DNA of 63,914 nucleotides, the filler included, from Platydemus manokwari (Eukaryota): assembly GCA_037951405.1 (NCBI GenBank). It is 6 parts of 6 records of this genome, joined end to end, with 100 filler letters (N's around TTAATTAATTAA, not from the genome) between each part and the next. Parts side by side here need not be neighbours in the genome. Positions count along the whole stretch, not along the records: positions 45,111 to 54,960 come from JBBMOY011197210.1; positions 55,061 to 63,914 come from JBBMOY011338871.1; 4 more parts are not named here. One strand, given 5' to 3'. Below the pieces are notes generated by a model. That model saw only the letters and a list, made by a program, of their open reading frames with translations. It searched no databases and was not told the DNA's origin. The translations under genes were made by a program, and so were the position numbers. The stretch's first letter is position 1. Every line of letters begins with the position of its first letter. Positions 52,301 to 63,914 of this stretch are shown here, one piece after another.

Positions 52301-53640
52301 TTAATGATGAAATGAATATACATATATAATAAATAAATATGAAATGTTATAACAAGCTGTAGGTTACGGCAGCTATATACTAACTCAACTGTTGAATTGA
52401 ATATCATTGAGTTACCATTTCATACATGTATTTCCGAAAAGATGCAAATACTTCAAAAAAATTTAATAGAATAGATTATAAAATATCATGTACTCAACAT
52501 GCCAATAATTAAAAATTATTAAGAACGCATGAAAACATTTATTATATACCAATAATACATGATTAATTTATTTTCCAAATTTAATATGACGAAATTGGTC
52601 ATGGAATTGTCTTAGTAATAATTCAAAATAAACGAATAATCAATTGAAATATTCTCAATATTTGGGTTTCTTAAACATGATCTGACCAATCATTCACTTG
52701 ATATCATTAGTGTTTCTTGACATTAATTTATGGCAGATGTCTACAGTTAATCCTGGTTGCATCAGTGGAGCTATTTCATAAAATATAAAAATGCAATTTA
52801 AAGGTACGTACTAACGTTTTCAATACATTTAACATAAAAATATATTATAGCCGAATCTCTATTCAACAGTATGATTGTTTAATTCAATCAGACAGATATC
52901 ACGACCCGCCTCGGTCATCCATAAATATTTAAACAACACAATATTTATTAAATTTTGCTTTCCATTAATAAAAATTTGATTTTGTTTCTAGAACATTAAT
53001 AATTTGTAATTTTAAACATAAATTATAATATTTAAAAAATTAAGAGAATGTTGAATTCATATAATTCAACTTTACAATGTCAAATTTGATAAAAGCCTGG
53101 CTAAAATTAGGAAAATGACTTTTCGTGTATTATTTAATTTCAATTGTTTGCTGCTTTTCACTATCATTTTATCATGTAATCATCAAGCAACAGTATTAAT
53201 GATTTGAGAACTTTTGAACAATGTACGAATTTTTCAATGAAAAATATGTAAGAAGTTTTGTTTTGTTTATAACTTAACATAATAAATATTTTCTAGAATA
53301 ATCTCAACAGGAAAATTGAAACTGGATTTTTGTTCAGATTCAAATCACTACAATATCTTGAGAAAATATCCCAACATAATCTAAAATGGACAAATCATAG
53401 AAAATAATATTAAATTGAAATTCCTAAAATAATAGATTAATTTATAAACTATTAATATGCAATAAAATGTCGCGCGATAACAGCGACAAATAAATTACCG
53501 TCTATTTTCGAGCATGTGAATCTATTACACAATAAAATGATCACTTGATTATATTTAATCGAGAAATATTTTCTCTGTGGAATAAATATATTCAGAGAGA
53601 ATTTCTCTCACCGGTGAATTAATTCTACCGATGAAATATT

Positions 53641-54336
53641 AAATTCACTAGCATTAGATTTAATTGCAGAGAATATCTGAGAGTGATTCACATTGTCAAT
53701 ACAAGGCAGCGGTCTCAATTAGCTTGGCCAATAATTTCACATTTGCTAAGACGACGTTATACGCTACATCAATTGGAGAAGACACATCATTTAAATTTCA
53801 ATTCGACACACTGAGGAAGATCATCTGGTGCAGAAGACCATTACTCCTGAATATGCCCGGTATTTTACTGGAAGACCCAAAGTAAGACTCATACTTATGA
53901 AACATTGATTCGTATTATACATCGTATCGTTTTATCTTCTATTATAGAGTTGGTGCCAAAAATCTTGAAAGGTATTTGGTTTTTTATGTTATTATTGTTA
54001 ACCAGTTTTGTAATGATGGAAATAGTTCATAAATATTTACAATAGTAAATTCTAGTTATCATTCATATATGGATTGTAAAATTGTTATTTATTTTCATTG
54101 GTATTAACGTAGATAATAGTTTTAAATAAGATCATAATATTATACAATTTGAGACTAATTAGAATATATAGCTACTGCCACACCTATAAGGCTGTGCGAG
54201 GTGAAGGAACATCAACATAAGGTAAATTACTCTGTGACCTTAGTCAAGAGCTCATAGAGACTGATTAAGACAGTAATAGTATCAAATAGGATTAAGCTTA
54301 GTTAAACAATAACATCAATAAGGCTCGAACGTAACA
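53641..54336 (+). mobile_element. Dispersed LTR-like repeat, copy 2
   Basis: Collinear with 33478-34291 and ends CGAACGTAACA. Confidence 0.65.
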
Positions 54337-55393
54337 AAGAAATAAAATGAAATATGATAAATACTGAGAAGAGAAATAGGTTAAAAATAAATTCTAAAAA
54401 TGGGAACAATTATCGATACTATCCAGCAAAATAAATCTCATTCAATATGAGAATAGTTGAGTAAACTAAAGAAACCTCTTCGAAACAAGAAAAGATTCAG
54501 TTCCATTCAAATCAAGCTAATTATTTTAAGTTACGTACTAGGAACATTGTTTTACAAGCTATAACATTCTACATTCCAATTTTGTCGACCCGATAAGCAT
54601 ATGAAGCCCATTGGGTCGTCGATATTGGAATTGGAAGCGGACGGAGAATAGAGCTGAAGAAGAAAATTTATGCATTCTTTGAATGCCATTCTTATTTTTA
54701 TATAATTAGTTCTTTTTAATTAGTCGTAGTTATCTATTTATTTTCTTACTTTATTTTAAAAAATATTAACAAATAAATTGCCATCTATTATCGCGCATGT
54801 AAATTCTGTTGAAGAATAGTAACGTGATTAAATAAATAAACACATGGTGTTTGTTTAAATAATTGATTGGCTGTCGATTGCAGTTTTTCAAATAAATATT
54901 ATGACGGAATGTGCTTTTAACTTAACTGGCGACCACGCCATACAAATCAACGCAATAACANNNNNNNNNNNNNNNNNNNNNNNNNNNNNNNNNNNNNNNN
55001 NNNNTTAATTAATTAANNNNNNNNNNNNNNNNNNNNNNNNNNNNNNNNNNNNNNNNNNNNTAATTTTTAATTATTATTAATTAGTTTTATTAATCATGAA
55101 TTATTATTGATATTAATTAATTATTAAGAGTATTTATATTATATTTTATTTTATAATAATAATTATTCTTAATATTTTTATTCTAGTTTTAATATTTTTT
55201 ATTAATATTATTTATTATTTTATAATAATTATTGATTTTTAATAAATTTTATATTTTTAGTCTACCGTTTAATTAATATATTATTTAATATTATTATTAA
55301 TCTTCTAATTGCTATTATTTTGTTTATTATTAATTATTATTTAATAATATATTATTATTGTGTATTTCTTATTATTATTAATATTATTTTGTT

Positions 55394-56621
55394 TGAATCA
55401 ATATTCATTCCAGTCAAGCCCCGATGAACAAATTCTCCAAACAGTTCTATCAAATGAAGTAGTTAAATTAGTTTATGGGGGTTTGTTTGGCATTTTAATC
55501 AATTTATTATTGATTAAATCGCTCATAGAGGATATTCTTACCGCTGTCAAATACACCCATGATTTGTTCACCACTTGTGCCCCGGAATTAATCGACCAGC
55601 AACTGGACCCCATTAATGATTCCGACATTGTTTTGAACAACATTTCCTGTCTTCCTCACATTTCCATCCACAAAACCAGCGAGCCCGTCACTGTCAACCA
55701 GTTGATGGAGGCCGCTGCCATTCCCAATATGAATACACCGCCGAGCACAATCAAATTCAATGGCCTAAACATGGGTCTTTCACAACCGTTGAGCAATGCT
55801 GTTCTGCAGAGGAGAATCTGCGGTGTTCTGCAAATCGGTGAGCTAATACGTTTTATTTATTTTCTCCCTTTCTGACACCCCCCCCACACACACATCAATG
55901 CCAGACTTCGAAACCGTGTTGTAATCGATTTTCAATATGTTCGCCCGGTGGGAAATATTATTTTTAATATTAATCCAAACATTTCCAATGATTTTCATCA
56001 ATTTATCTCATTTAAACAAGAAATTAATTTCCATTGATTTAAACAAAACCAAAAATATAAAATTCGATTTATCGATGACAGGTTGCGGCCAACCCGTTCA
56101 TTCATCGAACACGATTAAAACAACTTAAAGGCAAACAATTTGTCACCGATATGATTGATTTTAATATTGATTTTATTGATTATTATTATTATTTATTTGT
56201 CCCTATCGATATGATTTGGGCGCTTACAATGTTGATTTTATTGATTATTATTATTTATTTGTCCCGATCGATATGATTTGGGCGCTTACAATATTGATTT
56301 TATTGATTATTATTATTTATTTGTCCCGGTCGATATGATTTGGGCACTTACAATATTGATTTTGTTGATTATTATTATTATTTATTTGTCCCGATCGATA
56401 TGATTTGGGCACTTACAATATTGATTTTATTTATTGTTATTATTTATTTGTCCCGGTCGATATGATTTGGGCACTTACAATATTGATTTTATTGATTATT
56501 ATTATTTATTTCTCCCGATAGATATGATTTATATTTACCAATTAAAAATTTTGAAATGATCTTTGTTTAAATAGGGTGGGGAAAGAGAGGGATTAAGGAT
56601 GCTGACATTGAATTTAGTTGA
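55394..56621 (+). CDS. Fragmentary multi-exon gene of unknown function (structure unresolved)
   Basis: GC-richer exon-like blocks at ~55394-55450, ~55530-55837 (donor G|GTGAG), ~56082-56130 and ~56575-56621, each after a plausible AG acceptor. I could not fix one consistent reading frame or recognise a family. Confidence 0.35.
56165..56530. repeat. Minisatellite, ~62-bp unit, ~5.8 copies
   Basis: Unit ATATTGATTTTATTGATTATTATTATTTATTTGTCCCGATCGATATGATTTGGGCACTTACA. Copies differ by point changes and by one TTA. Confidence 0.95.
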
Positions 56622-58669
56622 GTGAACATATGAAAGGGTTTATCTGTGTGACAGTTATGAAATTGGTGTCGATAATTTGGTAGGAAATTGTATAAATCTA
56701 ATTTTATTCGAAACCAGACCGATAGCAGTTGATAAAAAACAAAGAATTCTCACGGATAATCACAAAATTGATATAAATTACGAAAAGAAATTTGTATCTC
56801 AGATTATTTTGTTCATCTGATATCGATTGTCAAATAGAATGAGAAACAAGATTTTCTCTTACTGAAAATAATCGGTCGAAAGAGCTGTTCGAATTGTGTT
56901 TCTCACGTTATTTCGATTCTCGTTTTTGTCATTATGTTTGTTCCTTTATATTCCATGACTCTATATCAATATTGTTCATCAATCTCTGAATCACTGAGTT
57001 TATTATTTTTATTCTTTCCTATCAACCTAAACGTCTTGCTAACAACAGGAAGGAATTTTTATCATTGATGTCCAAAGCAGAGAGACACAGAATGTAGTAT
57101 GTAATGGTAATCATTTCAATACCATTTCCAGAAGCTAATGTTATGATGATAGTCCATCGATAAAATAGATTCTACTCAGTGCGATTTCAATCACATTCTC
57201 TACCACTCTCTGCCTGGTTGTAGGCACCTATTGTGATTGGATATTTTTGGTTCATACTAGCATATTTCTAACCTTATCAACATCAAGTCATTTATTCGAT
57301 AATCAATTATCATACCTGTCACTATTTGATTTAATATGGGTTGAAATCAAAATAAGAAGTTCAACCCACGAGTGTATTTAACCATTACATTTAAACAAAT
57401 ATTTATGTTATTTAGTTTTATTATTTAAAAATTGCTTATAAAAATTCTCAGCATCATTTCTTTAGAATCTTCAATTTTCTTCGTATTTTTTATTATAGAA
57501 TTTTCTTTTTGTTCTACATTTTATACCGCATTTTCTTTATCTGTTCGGATCATCTATCTTCTATGTTCCCGCTTTTTATTTTACTAATATGCTAATACTT
57601 TGTTAAAACTCATTCTCCTGGAGTCGAAGTGGTTGCGGACAAATTATCATTTTTGTATTTGATGGTTTTCAGAATCGAATTCAAATGCGAGGTTGCCATG
57701 TTAACTGCTGCTTTTTCATCAGTTAAATAAATTATTTCGTTTTTAATGTATTTTATTTTAGTTTATTATTTAAAAATAATTCATCGAAACTTTAAAATTC
57801 CTACAACATCATCACACATATTTTTGACCAAAAAATTATCACGATTTCATTATTCTGATCATGATAAATTTTTTTACATTCTTAATCTCCTAGCAACAGT
57901 GATGATTCACCAATTTATTGATCATCTAATGATTCTTATCTTGCTCTTGGTTATAATAAAGGATTTATTTTAAAAATAAAATCAAAACAGGTAAAAATTC
58001 TTTGAAAATTGGGGTATATTTTACCGCCCCGTGGGGATTTAAGGATTTTAATTCACTTATTGGAGATTCTTGGATGTGGCTCAACAGAAACAATATTTAT
58101 TATTCATTCAATCAGACCTGTTTATTAATTTAATTAATTATCTACATCGATGTGGTCAATTTTCCCAAATTCATCTTAATTGGATTAATATTTTCAATTG
58201 ATTTTTGAGAAATTCTCCTAGGATTTTATGCATGACCAAAAATTTGTTGTTATATTTTCCCTAAATTATACAATGGGATAATATCGGGATAAGGTTACTA
58301 TTCTGACGTACATGGACTTCAAATTCCACAAAATCCAGATCACGTAAAACTTTAGTCAACAGATTTCACCATCAAATGTGAAAATCAATTTTATAAAGAA
58401 TTGATTTATAATTTTGGAATTAATTAATATATTGCCTTCTTGTTCCAGGTTCTAGTAGCAAATGGATTGTTCATATCAAGAACTAGCTGGAAAATTAATT
58501 ATTTTTTATTATAATAAATATTTTTAATGGCCTTTTTTATTTTCAATGTCGTCATAAGTACTGTTAGGAGATTTTTTCAGGTACGAAATTAATTTTCATA
58601 AATAAAGATTTGTAAGGAACCTGCTAGGTATATTAAAATAAATTTCTAGCAACTCATTCATAAAATCAT

Positions 58670-58760
58670 TGGTTGTATTATAATATTAAGAGGATTTGGC
58701 TCCCCGTACCGCTTGGCCCAAAGGAAAGATTCGACGAATTGTGAAGAAACAATCATTAAA
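58670..58760 (+). mobile_element. Possible BEL/Pao LTR-retrotransposon C-terminal remnant
   Basis: LVVLIILRGLAPRTAWPKGKIRRIV resembles the post-integrase PR-x-x-WP-x-G-R-I motif (DUF5641 type). The match is short. Confidence 0.35.
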
Positions 58761-60309
58761 TCTATTAATACTTTTACTTGACATTGGACATAAAAATATT
58801 ATAAAATATCAACAACAGATGGTTTGCAATAATATAGTTGGAAATGACTTAACCGGAATGATCATGCAACTGGAACATAGCACCATGGATTATATTAAAA
58901 ATCGTTATTTTCGAATAAAGCTGATTGTAACACATCTTACTAGGTTAACTTGAATCTATATTAAAGAAGAAATGTTTGGGATGAAATCTCCGTGTCAGTG
59001 GACAAAAAAATTTACGTTTCTTTTCATAAATGCTCTATTTTATCAATAAGGGTCGACAAACATTGATTTAAAATAAAGATTAAAAATCAAATTTATCATT
59101 TCTAACATCATTAATTCTATAATTTGATAACTAATTCCAATAAAAAAAAATTTAATAATCTTTTTTAATTATTAAGCTTAAATATAATATATAATTATCA
59201 AAGTTATCACTTCACTTTTTTGAAATAAAATCAATAATATTTATCTAATCGAAAATTAACTCAACAATCGACTTACAATCGAATAACAAAATGTAACAAT
59301 TCATTGAAATGAAAATATGTTTATGTTTAATGTATAAAATATAACATTGTGGTATTTGTGTGGAAACTTTTATAATGGTAACATTGTATCATTATTGCTT
59401 GTACAAAATTTAAAAGTAACAATATTTGTTTGTAACAAAATTTCAGTCTTCATGTGACCACAGTTTTGTAATTAATTTTATCCTTTGACGAAGACTTGAC
59501 AAATAAAATAATATTAGTAATAAGAGCGAAACCTTTTAATAATAATAAACGTTACAAGATATTTCTTAATAAGCTGACGATTGAAATGATCTAAGTTATA
59601 TTTCAAAGGAATATAATTTTGCAGTGATAATATTAAAGGAGAATATTTCACCTTGGGAGCACAATTGTAGCATTTTAGCTAGAAATCTTTGGGGAATTTT
59701 ATAAATAAATCACTACATTTAATATAATGAGACAGATTAAACACCTACGAGGAGAAATCGTATAAATAGGGGGAAATTTTCATATTCTATTCCCTATTAA
59801 TTAGAGAAACCATTAGAAAGAATTCTATAATTTTGAAGGGCACAAATGTTACAATATTTACGATCATTTGTTTTATGACCTACGAGTTTGTAGGCCATTT
59901 TCAGTAAGCCTCTCAGGTTGAGTAAGCGTTTAGTATTGTAAACCACTGATTGATATTATACATTCTGTAATTTACTAGTATCGAGCTTTGACTCAAATAT
60001 TTTTCGGTAAAAGGTTTTGGTCCAAGAGTGCTGGAGCTTTTCAACCGTCGATTATTATTGAATTTATTAAGGAAAACGTCATAGAATTTGTTGTATATTT
60101 GTATTTTTGCAATCATTGTGATTTTTATATAGGGGTTACTTGTTGTTCATAATACATTTTTATAAAATCAAGACTTGATTTTATTGGTTGATTGGAATCG
60201 TAAATAGAACAATAAGATTAGGATTAGCATGCAGAGACATTAAGGTAAGAAGACTAATTAAAGCATTCATAATAACTTATAGAACATCGTTGTCTATTTT
60301 ATCGACTTC

Positions 60310-60477
60310 ATACGGTATTAAGCGTGAGGTGAAAAAAAATTATTACAATAAGGTTAAATCGTGACCTTAGGCCTTGATCAGATATTCACACATACTGATT
60401 AAGTCAGTGATGATCCTAAATCAAGAATCATCTAATAAAGTGTTAAATAAAAAACCCTATAAGGCCCAAATGTAGCA
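60310..60477 (+). mobile_element. More diverged relative of the LTR-like repeat 3' end
   Basis: GTGAGGTGAA...ATAAGGT...CTGATTAAG...ATAAGGCCCAAATGTAGCA follows the motif order at the ends of copies 1 and 2. Confidence 0.45.
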
Positions 60478-61860
60478 ATTAAATTAATTTTATTAAAAGT
60501 TTTATTACAAAAAATTCTTTCTTAAGTTTACTTGTATATAGCATAAGTTCTTTCTATCTACGAGAGCTACTCTGGAGTTCGATGAATTTGAGCCAGTAAT
60601 AGAGTAATTATTATTTTTGTTGTAATCAGTCATGTGTTTAATTAATGAGATGAGAGTCATTAATTTAAGTTCAATATAGTGTGAAAAGTGATCATTTTAA
60701 TAATTTTTATAATTACGATAAGTTTAATTAACTGTTAACTCGATAGTTTGTGATACCTTACAGCTTTTCTTAATCTCGGTTCGGCTCTGAAAAGTCTAGG
60801 TTCTAATTAAAAATATGTATTGATATAACAAAATATTGTAGAACAAGATTTTACAAATGATCACAAGAGTCAAACCCTGAATAAATGTTAGGCGAAGAGA
60901 GAGCTTCATCTTTGCACAAGTTTGTAAATGCCTACTAGAAACTCATTCTAGTAGAATTTTAATATTAACTGTTTATTATAACCAACATTACACTACCGTA
61001 CTTTTATAAACTTGTTTCTACTATAATGATACCTTTAGTGGCGATACCAGCGGTTATGCAATTCGCTGTCTAATTACCGATAATAGCAAAAATAAAAGTG
61101 TGTTTTTAACTCGTGGAATTACTTTCTTTCTTATTGTTTTCTTGAAATCTCAAAGACCAATGCTTTGAGGAGTTTAAATTTTCTTCTACACTTTATCTTT
61201 TACAGCAGCTGAAGCACATTTATTTAACTATTACCAAAAAATGATTATATTTGGTAATCTTATAAGGTTACTGTTTGATTTATTTGTTTAGATTATTTTT
61301 TGTTGTAGAATTAATTGACTCTGTCTCTTTTTACAAGTAGTTTTTTTTCTCATTAAAAGAATCATTTTGTTTTTGTACATCATGCATTAAAGATATATTT
61401 GTTTTATATTGAGTTTATTCAGTGTGAGATTAGGTTATTCTTTATCTTTTATTAAAATTGTTATTTTGATTATTAGATATTTTTGTTGTTTATTTTGATA
61501 ATTTTCATTTTGATTTCATGGTAGCTACGATCAATATCATTCATTCCATAACATAAGGTTATCACAGTCTTTAAAGTCTCAATTATATTGATTCAATGAG
61601 TTACATAATAAATAATAGAAAATCAGTACAATCTCATGATTGATTTCAAAATTCCATATGAATGTCGACAACCCAACAAAGAAGCCATAAAGTCGATATT
61701 TTGATTATCTTGAATAAAAATTTGAGATTTAGCACTTTACCTATAACGCGTAATAAATCAAAATTGCAAGTAATAAATTTTTTGTCTCAATATTTGAGAA
61801 ATTATATTCATAATTGTCAGAATTTTTCTTAAATTTTAATTAGAGTTTAATTTTCGTTCA

Positions 61861-62100
61861 TTCTAGTTTTGGGGAATTTCAAGGAAACTAATCGATTGAT
61901 TGAATTTCTGCTTAATTTGGTTTTAGTTTTATATCTCTAAATAATTCTTTTTTAGGTTCACTGAATGAAAATCATAAAAGTCCTTCTAGTTTTGTGTGCA
62001 TTTCAAGGAAACTGATAGATTCATTAAATTACTGCTTAATTTGTTTTTAGTTGTATATCTCTAAATAATTCTTTTTAACGTTTACTGGATAAAAATCACA
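61861..62100. repeat. Tandem duplication, ~120-bp unit, 2 copies
   Basis: Both copies start TTCTAGTTTTG and share ATTTCAAGGAAACT, CTGCTTAATTTG and TATATCTCTAAATAATTCTTTTT. Confidence 0.85.
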
Positions 62101-63842
62101 ACAAACTTCAATAATAATAGCTTTTTATCTGGCGTTTTGAATTTTATTTAATAAAATTTTTTATTATTAATACGTGATTCATTTGCCAACACTTAAATTT
62201 TAAATTGTTTCGAATGAGATATTTTAATTTAAATATATATTTTAAACATTAATATTTACGTTATGCTTATAAACTACATATTGTTATGCATTGACATTTC
62301 TCTTAAATTCAAACTCAATGGAATAAAAACCATTCCAAATTAAAAAGTTTATTTTAAATTCTAGTGTTTAAGTTTGATATGAATAATAAAACAAATTTCA
62401 CAAAATATATTAAATAAATTATTCGTTTGTATTGTTTTTTCGTGGCTTTTAATTAGCCATTTTTTAAAGTTTAATAAAAGATAAAATTTGATTCTTTACA
62501 AAATACTAATTAACTCATCGAACTCAATTCTTATCTTTAGATCACTAAGCATTTTTTGTAACTTTTATTTCAGTCATAATCAGCCAATGATTTCGCGAAT
62601 TTAAAATTTCCCCATTGATTAGAAAACTGATAAGAAATCCAGGAAATTATTTTATTCTTGACATGCACGAGAATAATAAATAGGTTTTTAATTTACAAAG
62701 ATTAACTGGTTTTAGGTAACATGTTTATTTGTAGCTGTCTCAAGCTACTGAATAGTCAATTGAAAAACCATTATACTGGCTTAAATGTTTTGTTAAATTG
62801 TGCTTATAAAATCTGTAATTTTAATTCAGTAATGTCCTTCATATTGATCATGTTTTGGTAATCTAATCGTTTAAATCTGACATTAAATTCGTGATAAATT
62901 TCAGACAAAGATTTTTAAAATTTTAATATTTTTTGAAAAATAAAATAGGAATTACAGAAAATTAAAACGAAAAGAATATTTATTATAAAATTAAATGGTT
63001 AACATGAACATTTCTAACTAAAATAGTTGTCAATAAATGACTATGAAATTTCTTTTAAAAAACATTGCAAAACTTAATCGATAATTTCTTCAGCAATACA
63101 GAAATGTTAAACACCAATGAAAAATTTCATTTCAAAATACGAGCGAATTATTCTTGATAACAATAAATGAGGAGTCGAGTCTATCAGGCAATTTTTTTTA
63201 AAAGTAAATTTGAACTTAATTAAGCATGATATCGAAAGCAATTTCGAATCCAAAGAAATTATTGTGGAATTCAATGTTAAACTAAATATTTTTATCAAAA
63301 TCTCGCTGTCCAGAGGGAAGAAATCGACCAAAATTGAAATCGTTAATCTAATATGCTTAATTGAAAAAACTTTGAAATAATTGGGCAATTTTTTCATATC
63401 GTGCACGAAAGATTTCAATGAAATAAACTGCAACAAGAATCTCATTCTTTTCTTAAATATTCATTAATCATATTTTCTTCTCTTCCTGCATAGACCCAGA
63501 TTTCCAATTAATGAATTGCATCTGAATTTATTGATGGGCACTCAGGAATATTGAATGTATTTTTTCTAATCTTATTTCACATAATTCTTCATCAATACGA
63601 TGAGAGAAAAAAGAAACAAAAAGTCTCAGAAACGTTCATAACCAGCCCAAAGACTTATGAAAAAGAATCTAAAAAAATTTTTCGTCATCATTATTTTAAA
63701 AGCGTCAGTAAAGTAAAAATTTCTTATTACTCTTACTTTATAAAATTTCAGAGATGAGACTTCGATCTATGCCTATGTCTTGATAGATAACTTTTATTTC
63801 ACACTTTATAAATTCTGTTGCTTTTGGGGTCTTATTGATAAT

Positions 63843-63845
63843 TAC

Positions 63846-63914
<69 letters not shown>
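63843..63914. repeat. (TTA)n microsatellite at the window end
   Basis: Near-pure TTA run. Confidence 0.95.

Noticed and set aside
56165-56530. CRISPR-like regular repeat spacing
   Set aside because: Whole units are near-identical with no unique spacers, there are no cas genes, and the context is eukaryotic. It is a minisatellite.
63107-63445. 112-aa minus-strand ORF
   Set aside because: No recognisable motif, and the upstream sequence has stops and frameshifts. Probably decayed coding DNA.

Overview
Very AT-rich eukaryotic scaffold with mostly 43-57 nt GT-AG introns, probably a planarian or other flatworm (inferred, not verified). It consists of six contigs joined by five artificial N44-TTAATTAATTAA-N44 linkers. 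Protein genes I can support: GAR1, LSM1 (4 exons, absent from the ORF track), an intronless DEG/ENaC channel, TAF5 (at least 8 exons, 5' end not found), an intronless M1AP-like meiotic gene, a claudin/PMP22-like tetraspan, and a 5-exon 1-Cys peroxiredoxin (PRDX6) on the minus strand. The most striking element is a head-to-head pair of U1 snRNA genes 259 bp apart. One has the canonical 5' end (ATACTTACCTGG). The other is strongly diverged but structurally intact, with an altered splice-site-pairing end (AAACTTACTTGG) that would pair perfectly with A|GT donors. Both genes share a downstream ATGAAATGAATA motif. The rest of the window is transposon debris (RLE-type LINE fragments, Tc1/mariner remnants, two MITEs, an LTR-like repeat family), microsatellites, a 62-bp minisatellite and several low-confidence gene fragments. 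All coordinates and family calls come from manual reading; no database searches were run.
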